Below, piece after piece: positions 58,022-64,000 of a stretch of 64,000 nucleotides of DNA (the stretch's first letter is position 1; each line of letters begins with the position of its first letter). A program made the position numbers and the translations under genes. Under the pieces are notes generated by a model, which was given only the letters and a program-made list of their open reading frames with translations, did not search any database and was not told where the DNA came from. The DNA comes from Bacteroidales bacterium. GTDB lineage: Bacteria > Bacteroidota > Bacteroidia > Bacteroidales > UBA10428. The stretch spans positions 15,457 through 79,456 of the forward strand of contig JAFGEO010000118.1 in the NCBI GenBank assembly GCA_016931575.1, in the 5' to 3' direction.

Positions 58022-59305
58022 TTACACACTACGGTTTACATCGAACTGTTCGAGAGAATTCGCCAGGCTTCTCAGGAAGTTACCGGCAAGGGCTCCGTCC
58101 ACGATCCGGTGGTCGTAAGTTAACGCCAGCATCATCTTATGCCTGATCGCGATAACATCACCTGTCGGGGTCTCGATCACAGCAGGTTTTTTTTCGATCG
58201 TCCCGGTTGCCAGAATGGCTACCTGGGGCTGGTTGATGATGGGAGTGCCTGTCAGGTTCCCAAAAGAGCCGAAATTGGATATGGTAAATGTTCCTCCCTG
58301 GATGTCATCGGGGCTCAGCTTGTTGCTTCTGGCGTTTTCTGCAAGCTTGTTCAGGTCATTTGTCAATCCGATTATGGATTTCTGATCAGCATTTTTAATA
58401 ACTGGAACGATCAGGTTTCCGTTGGGTAGGGCAACTGCTATCCCAACATTCACCTGCTTTCGCAGAATGATTTTATCATTATCTACTGAAGCGTTAACAC
58501 CCGGGTAATCCTTAAGCGCCCGGGCAACAGCTTCGATAAATACAGGCATGTAGGTAAGCTTTTGCTTTTCGCGTTTTTCGAAGCTGTCCCTGATTTTTTT
58601 TCTCCAGAAGACCAGGTTGGTAACATCTGCTTCAATGAAGTTGGTGACATGCGGGGATACCTGCTTGGACATTAGCATGTTGTCAGCAATAAGCTTTCTC
58701 ATGCGGTCCATCTGAACAATTTCATCTCCTTCATATACCGGAACAGAAACCTGAGGGCGTGATACGGGCGCAGCACCACTGGAAGTGGCTGCCGGCTTTT
58801 TACCTCTGCCTTTCAGGTACTCAAGAACATCTTCCTTTTTCACCCTTCCCTGATGTCCTGAACCTTTAATATTTTCAAGCTCGGAAAGACTGATACCTTC
58901 TTTTTGTGCGATACTTTTCACCAGTGGGGAATAAAACTTATCAGAATCACTGAAGTCTGACGTCCCCGAAGCAGCAGACTTTTCTTCTTCAGCGTTGACG
59001 TCTTTTTTCGTTTCGGCCTTTGTTTCTTCTTTCGAAGGTTCTTCCTGTATGGCCGAGGCATCACCACTCAGATCAATCACAGCAATAACTTCCCCGACAG
59101 GAACCAGGGCATTCTCTTCAAAAAGTACTTTAACGATTACCCCATCAACAGGAGAAGGGATTTCAGAGTCTACCTTGTCTGTGGCTATTTCCAACAAGGA
59201 TTCTTCTTCTTCGATCGTATCCCCAACCTTCTTAAACCATTTTGTTATTGTGGCTTCCTGCACACTTTCGCCTAGTTTAGGCATTACTATATCAAATGTT
59301 GCCAT
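58022..59305 (-). CDS. 2-oxoacid dehydrogenase E2 (dihydrolipoamide acyltransferase)
   Basis: Lipoyl domain (MPKLGESVQEATI..W....LLEIATDKV), a peripheral-subunit binding domain (SPLVKSIAQKEGISL) and a catalytic domain with DHRIVDGA. Confidence 0.9.
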   Translation of the reverse strand: MATFDIVMPKLGESVQEATITKWFKKVGDTIEEEESLLEIATDKVDSEIPSPVDGVIVKVLFEENALVPVGEVIAVIDLSGDASAIQEEPSKEETKAETKKDVNAEEEKSAASGTSDFSDSDKFYSPLVKSIAQKEGISLSELENIKGSGHQGRVKKEDVLEYLKGRGKKPAATSSGAAPVSRPQVSVPVYEGDEIVQMDRMRKLIADNMLMSKQVSPHVTNFIEADVTNLVFWRKKIRDSFEKREKQKLTYMPVFIEAVARALKDYPGVNASVDNDKIILRKQVNVGIAVALPNGNLIVPVIKNADQKSIIGLTNDLNKLAENARSNKLSPDDIQGGTFTISNFGSFGNLTGTPIINQPQVAILATGTIEKKPAVIETPTGDVIAIRHKMMLALTYDHRIVDGALAGNFLRSLANSLEQFDVNRSV

Positions 59306-59540
59306 TTATATGAATTTTACTTTTTGGTACTTATAAAGTAAGTGAAAAACTTACTATCATTCTAAAATCTTTCTAAATAATTTAACTACTTTAAATCCAA
59401 TCTGATGGCCGGAAAGCCACAATGGAAAAGTATTTTTTTTTCTGAATAACAAGCCAGATTCATATATGTTTACCCGGTTTCGTGTCTTTTTCACGGATCA
59501 ATCGGTAAAGGCCTTCAGGGCCCTGCCTGCAGGTATTTAT

Positions 59541-59567
59541 CAAAAAGCTGTCCCGGAAAGGACAGCT
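59541..59567 (-). terminator. Intrinsic terminator of the SBBP/T9SS protein gene
   Basis: The minus strand reads AGCTGTCC-tttccg-GGACAGCT followed by T5. Confidence 0.7.
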
Positions 59568-59623
59568 TTCTTGAATATTTTAATAGAATTATATAGCAGA
59601 CGGCGTCAGTCTGTTATATCTGT

Positions 59624-62197
59624 CTATCGAGACAGGGTGAATTTTCTGAATATGATCTGTTGTTCGGTCATAATCCGGATGATGTAGTTGCCCCCGGAGA
59701 GCGCAGAAAGATCCAGTTGGGTGGATGATACAGTCAGTACGGCATGTTTCCGGCTTATTCCACTGTAATCATAGATATCAACGATGGCTTTACTGATACC
59801 TGCCAGTTCAATGGTAAGGAGATCGGTGGCCGGATTGGGAAATACTCTGATGTCAGGGTCCGTTGAATTTGCCTCAACGATATCATAGAAAGGAATTCCT
59901 GTTCCCTCTACCACCTCTTCAGTTACCAGGTAATCAAGGTTTGATACCCAGGTGCCCCCGATTATGCTTAAAAAATAGACCGGATCGCATGGCAGGCCGG
60001 GAATGTCGACCCATACATAATAGCTGCCATCTTCAATATCGCTGAACGAGAAATTACCCTCATCGTCAGTTTCGGTATAGCCGATGATCTGGTAAGTGCT
60101 TTTTTGCTGAGCCTTATTTCCGGCAACGATCACCTTCGATTTTCTGGTAGGCCTGGCTTTTGAGTAACTCTTATTCAGGCTTTGGTTAATTTCCTCTTCA
60201 AAGACACTACCTGTGAGCCGGGTTTCGCCCATGAAATCTGATCGCTCCTGCATGCTTATTTCAAGGAAGATTTCGGGGGTTTTTTCATTAACAATAACTT
60301 CTTCCGCAAATTCCCAGTATTCAGAGGCCGGAAAATAGGTTGGGAGATATAAATCTGCGATTTCTCCTTCAGGAACGGCTGTAACGATGTATTTGCCATA
60401 GGGGATATCTTTAAATTCAAAGGTTCCACTGCCTGTCAGGCGTACTGAATCATTCACCGGGGCCCTTTGATACAGGGTATAACCATAAATCTTTGCGTAC
60501 CCAGAGGTAACTGGTTCCCCGGCGCTGTTGTTCACTTCTCCGTGAATCAGTTGAGTATGGGCATATTTAGCAAGGAATATCCCATTCTCACCCAGATTTG
60601 TCAAATCAATTGCATCCAGATTCGACAAAGCCCCAAAAAATTTCCCGGCAATGAAAGTGTTCCCATAGGAATCGCTGGAGATACCCTGGACAGAAACCTG
60701 GTTTTCAGAATTGTTTACCTGAGCGTAGATAAAGTCCGGAGTACCGTCAGTCTTAATTTTAGCAAGGTAGGGGACACCCAGCGTCAGCTCTACAGGGAGA
60801 ATTTCGCCATTGAGGCTTAACTCTGAAAAAGAGGTTCCCCCGAGGAAAACTTCTCCTTTTGAATTCACGCTGACAGCATCCAGGTAATTATTGCCCGGCG
60901 CAGAACAATGGAATACCCAGTAGGGAGAAAAAGTAGTACTGTTAATTTTTGCAGCAAAAACATCACTTGTTCCTATTTCTGCATTTGGTATCGGGGAGTC
61001 GGCAGTGAATACCTCAGAGCCTTCAAATTCTGAACTTACGTAAATATTTCCGTATGAGTCGGTATGCAGGTAGGCATTCTTTCCACTGAAGTTATAAAAA
61101 GCCAGGTTGGTAGTAACCGTTCTTGAGTTTACATAATTTCCATTTTCATCATAACTTGCCAGGAACAGGTGGTAATTACCGGTATAGTTTGAGTACATCT
61201 CCCCATCAATGAAAAAATAGGTGCTGTTGTATAACCCAAGCAATACAGCATTGTTATTCGGGAGAACACGAATTTCTTCCGGGAAGTCGAGGGAATCCCC
61301 GTTGAATTTAACTGCCCATTCTGCCTGACCAGATTTATTGAACCTGGATAGGAAGACATCTGTACGGTAGGTATTGGTGAGGGTATCGGTTCCCAGTACA
61401 AAACCCTTGTAACCTTGATGGGTGCCTGCAACATAAAAGAAATTGCCAGAGGTGTTAGCGATGTTAGTTCCAATCAAATCCCCGTTATCTCCCAAATCGG
61501 TCGGGACATTATTAAACCATCCGATTGAGCCGTCAGCCCTGATGCAAGCTACAAACAGCATTGCATCGGTACCTAATCCGTCAATTTCTCTTCCTCCAAG
61601 GGTGGCAGAGGTACCCCGGAAAAATCCGGTTGCGTATGTATCTCCCTGATCATCAACGAAGAGGTCATTGGCGACAGCTGGTTGTGACCCCGAGATGCAT
61701 AATACTGGGTGAGCCCATGCCAGTTTTCCTCCTTTTGTAAATTTAACGAGCAATGGTACTGTTTGTGTCGAGTCAGAAACGGTAATACTCGTTTCACCGA
61801 TAAGGACAGCTGAAGCATCCTGCACATTCACGATAAGTCCCACTTCACCTCCTGGACTGATACTTATCTTCACCGGCTGTATTGTAGATCCACTGATATC
61901 TCCCTGAATAGAGCGAAGCCAGATCGGACGGCCTGTCTGGTCAAGCTTCAGTATGAATGTATTCAGCGTTTCCCCTCCTGTCGTACCCGGTACGGAAGCC
62001 ACCCCTTCATAGGCGAATTTTTCTGTGCCAAAAGTACCTGCCAGGTAAGTATTACCCAGTGCATCGGTCTGCATAAATTTGAGGTTTGCATAGTCACCGG
62101 TATTGGCAAATTTCCAAACAAGTGGACCTGATTGTCCAAATGTTATGTTAAACATACCCAGCAGGATGATAATAGGTAAGAAAGGTTTGTGTATCAT
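59624..62197 (-). CDS. Large secreted beta-propeller (SBBP-repeat-like) protein with T9SS C-terminal sorting domain
   Basis: Signal peptide. Repeated D..GN.Y..G.F.G motifs. Ig/CarboxypepD-like middle region. CTD IRVFPNPATDLLTIEL...GNYIIRI. Confidence 0.75.
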   Translation of the reverse strand: MIHKPFLPIIILLGMFNITFGQSGPLVWKFANTGDYANLKFMQTDALGNTYLAGTFGTEKFAYEGVASVPGTTGGETLNTFILKLDQTGRPIWLRSIQGDISGSTIQPVKISISPGGEVGLIVNVQDASAVLIGETSITVSDSTQTVPLLVKFTKGGKLAWAHPVLCISGSQPAVANDLFVDDQGDTYATGFFRGTSATLGGREIDGLGTDAMLFVACIRADGSIGWFNNVPTDLGDNGDLIGTNIANTSGNFFYVAGTHQGYKGFVLGTDTLTNTYRTDVFLSRFNKSGQAEWAVKFNGDSLDFPEEIRVLPNNNAVLLGLYNSTYFFIDGEMYSNYTGNYHLFLASYDENGNYVNSRTVTTNLAFYNFSGKNAYLHTDSYGNIYVSSEFEGSEVFTADSPIPNAEIGTSDVFAAKINSTTFSPYWVFHCSAPGNNYLDAVSVNSKGEVFLGGTSFSELSLNGEILPVELTLGVPYLAKIKTDGTPDFIYAQVNNSENQVSVQGISSDSYGNTFIAGKFFGALSNLDAIDLTNLGENGIFLAKYAHTQLIHGEVNNSAGEPVTSGYAKIYGYTLYQRAPVNDSVRLTGSGTFEFKDIPYGKYIVTAVPEGEIADLYLPTYFPASEYWEFAEEVIVNEKTPEIFLEISMQERSDFMGETRLTGSVFEEEINQSLNKSYSKARPTRKSKVIVAGNKAQQKSTYQIIGYTETDDEGNFSFSDIEDGSYYVWVDIPGLPCDPVYFLSIIGGTWVSNLDYLVTEEVVEGTGIPFYDIVEANSTDPDIRVFPNPATDLLTIELAGISKAIVDIYDYSGISRKHAVLTVSSTQLDLSALSGGNYIIRIMTEQQIIFRKFTLSR

Positions 62198-62265
62198 TGG
62201 TTGGTGGTTTAATTAAACTTCATGCGATCGGGTTACTGACAGATTCTGGTTGTATTTTGTCCTTA

Positions 62266-64000
62266 TCAGATCCGGATACCGACTACCAGAATATCATCGA
62301 CCTGTTCATTTATACCCTTCCAGCTCTCAATTGTTTCATCCAATCGTGATTTTTGTTCCTCCATAGGAAGATAATAAATATTTGTAAGTAATTCACGCAA
62401 TTTTGATGTTTTAAACTTTTTATCCTCCTCTCCGCCAAACTGGTCTGCATAGCCATCCGAGAACATATAGAGGCAGTCTCCTTCTTCAACTTTTATGTGT
62501 GTGGAAGAAAAGGGATTCATACTTCCCATATGGAAGCCAACAGGCATTTTATCACCTTTATAAACCTCACACTCACCATTTCGGATGTGTACGAGCGGAT
62601 TATAAGCCCCTGAGAATTGTACCTCCATTTTTTTGGTGTCGATAATACACATAGCCAGGTCCATTCCGTCTTTCGCATCTTCATCTTTTCCAGTTTGCCG
62701 AAGAGTTTTGGTAAGGTGATCGCGAAGTTGATTAAGGATACTATCGGAGGGCATGGCTTCAGGAGAGGATGCCAGTTCGTTCAGTATACTAACTCCCAGC
62801 ATGCTCATGAAAGCTCCTGGAACTCCGTGCCCTGTGCAGTCGGCAGCTACAACAATTATCCGGCCGTCTTTGCCATTGATCCAGTAGAAATCGCCGCTCA
62901 CGATATCGCGTGGCTTAAACAGGATAAAATATTCCTTAAGCAGGGAATTGATATATTCATGCTTTGGAAGGACGGCGCTCTGTATTCTTTCAGCATAGAG
63001 GATACTATCCGTTATTTCCTTTTTCTGGTAAGCGATCTGGTCACGCTGCTTCTCGATCTCAATGGTCCTCTCCTTGACCTTCTGGGTGAGGATAACCTTG
63101 TCCTGCCGCAATTTTCTTTCCCGAAGCCTGATAAAAGCAAACAGTAAAAGCAGGAAAGTAATACCCTCAAGGGAATAGAACCACCAGGTTTTATAGAAAG
63201 GAGGACGGATTTCAAAGCTGAACTCAGCCGGTTTTTCGGTCCAGACACCGTCACAGTTTGCCGCCATAACCTTGAAGGTATAATTACCCGGGGGCAACTT
63301 TCTGTATGGTGGTGTTACGATAGCATCTGTGGATTCTGACCAATCGGAATCATAACCCTCCAACATGTACTTATAGCGGTTTTTTTCGATGATCGTATAG
63401 TGCAAACCGACATAATGAAAGACCAGGTTATTTTTATTATAAGGGAGTGACAAATTTTTAGGTAATTTACTCTGGGGATCTGAACCTTCAGCATACTGAA
63501 AGATATCAGTCCTGTCATTAAACAGCTTGATGGAGTCTATATAGATCTTGGGAGGATCTTCTGATTTAATGTCGTTCTTGGGGATATACCTGACAGCACC
63601 GCCCGGTGTTCCAAACCAGAGTTCACCGTTTTCTCCCCGAGTTACTGCACCCTGAGAAGTTTCAACAGGCAGGAAGCCCTCATAAGAACTGTAATGTGTA
63701 ATTTCCAGCGTTAAAGGATCGATGCGGTTTAAACCCTCATCCAGACCGCCCCAGATGGATCCGTTTTTATCAATCAGGATGGAATAAACAATATTGGAGG
63801 TTAACCCCCTCTTTGAATTCAGGTTTTCGCACGCAATTGACCAGTCCTGATTCAGCATTACTCTGGAAATCCCATTATCCGTGGCTATCCATGCAGACCC
63901 TTTTGAATCGAAGGTGATATCGTTTAGGGAATTGGCGGGCAGACCGTCTGCAATGCTGTAATTGTGAAAAGACTTGCCATCGAAAATGGACAAACCATTT
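62266..64000 (-). CDS. Sensor protein: two-component-regulator propeller / Y_Y_Y domain - TM helix - PP2C/SpoIIE phosphatase (N-terminus beyond window end)
   Basis: Propeller repeats (..GLP.N....I..D..G..W..T..G..), the Y_Y_Y region (YKYMLEGYDSDWS...PPGNYTFKV), the TM helix WWFYSLEGITFLLLLFAFI, a coiled coil, and the SpoIIE core (SGDFYW...ADCTGHGVPGAFMSM...DGMD...SDGYADQFGG...DDILVVGIRI). The reading frame is still open at nt 64000. Confidence 0.8.
   Translation of the reverse strand, partial: NGLSIFDGKSFHNYSIADGLPANSLNDITFDSKGSAWIATDNGISRVMLNQDWSIACENLNSKRGLTSNIVYSILIDKNGSIWGGLDEGLNRIDPLTLEITHYSSYEGFLPVETSQGAVTRGENGELWFGTPGGAVRYIPKNDIKSEDPPKIYIDSIKLFNDRTDIFQYAEGSDPQSKLPKNLSLPYNKNNLVFHYVGLHYTIIEKNRYKYMLEGYDSDWSESTDAIVTPPYRKLPPGNYTFKVMAANCDGVWTEKPAEFSFEIRPPFYKTWWFYSLEGITFLLLLFAFIRLRERKLRQDKVILTQKVKERTIEIEKQRDQIAYQKKEITDSILYAERIQSAVLPKHEYINSLLKEYFILFKPRDIVSGDFYWINGKDGRIIVVAADCTGHGVPGAFMSMLGVSILNELASSPEAMPSDSILNQLRDHLTKTLRQTGKDEDAKDGMDLAMCIIDTKKMEVQFSGAYNPLVHIRNGECEVYKGDKMPVGFHMGSMNPFSSTHIKVEEGDCLYMFSDGYADQFGGEEDKKFKTSKLRELLTNIYYLPMEEQKSRLDETIESWKGINEQVDDILVVGIRI

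Noticed and set aside
59466-59687. 73-aa plus-strand ORF between the E2 gene and the SBBP protein gene
   Set aside because: It overlaps the terminator hairpin, the REP-like element and the 3' end of the minus-strand gene. I saw no recognisable motif.
1-64000. Looked for rRNA, tRNA, CRISPR arrays, intact IS/transposase, integrase, phage or known defence genes
   Set aside because: I found no spacer-repeat periodicity, no cloverleaf-compatible tRNA, and no ORF with recognisable recombinase, RT, nuclease-helicase or toxin-antitoxin motifs. The only mobile-element trace is the short RAYT-like remnant at 21389-21463.

Overview
This 64-kb window looks like chromosomal DNA from a Bacteroidota-type genome. 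The evidence is four secreted proteins with type IX secretion (T9SS) C-terminal sorting domains, two TonB-dependent receptors with carboxypeptidase-regulatory-like N-termini (one paired with a DUF4249-like lipoprotein), a fused E1 alpha/beta dehydrogenase, and TAnnTTTG -7 promoter boxes. I call about 55 protein genes. I saw no rRNA, tRNA, CRISPR array, intact transposase, phage module or recognisable defence system.

Main landmarks:
- 1-8.4 kb: cell-envelope and peptidase genes (GH3 fragment, C1 aminopeptidase, OmpA/TPR protein, NlpC/P60 - alkaline phosphatase - lipoprotein operon, M1 peptidase).
- 9.1-12.1 kb: a 1009-aa ABCG-like protein with degenerate ATPase motifs.
- 14.5-21.3 kb: histidine operon (leader peptide, then hisG-D-C-B-purU-H-A). 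It is cut off from hisF-hisE (29.4-30.5 kb) by an 8-kb block of opposite-strand uptake and secretion genes.
- 30.5-39.4 kb: a REC-PAS-adenylate cyclase, rocD, an LRR lipoprotein, and a second TonB receptor with a T9SS protein.
- 39.6-49.6 kb: a phosphate island (response regulator, porin, pstSCAB-phoU, PiT transporter, second response regulator).
- 51-64 kb: HPt-REC-nitrilase, slyD, an SRAP peptidase, an E2-E1-flavodoxin-thioredoxin-like operon, an SBBP/T9SS protein and a truncated propeller-SpoIIE phosphatase.

I did not find a convincing new multi-gene system of the defence or mobile kind. The best leads are mostly regulatory or non-coding:
1. A TAACATT-N4-TAACATT direct-repeat (Pho-box-like) operator shared by the promoters of the phosphate island, which is flanked by two paralogous orphan PhoB-like regulators.
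2. A His-codon leader-peptide attenuator in front of hisG.
3. Two tandem homologous terminator-bearing sRNA-like modules at 8.5-8.9 kb.
4. The bisected his operon, with a tyrosine-transposase (RAYT/IS200-like) remnant and REP-like hairpins at the junction.
5. The catalytically degenerate ABC protein.
6. An uncharacterised exported DUF362 (Tat-signal) gene pair.

All functional calls come from by-eye motif and family recognition. No database search was run.
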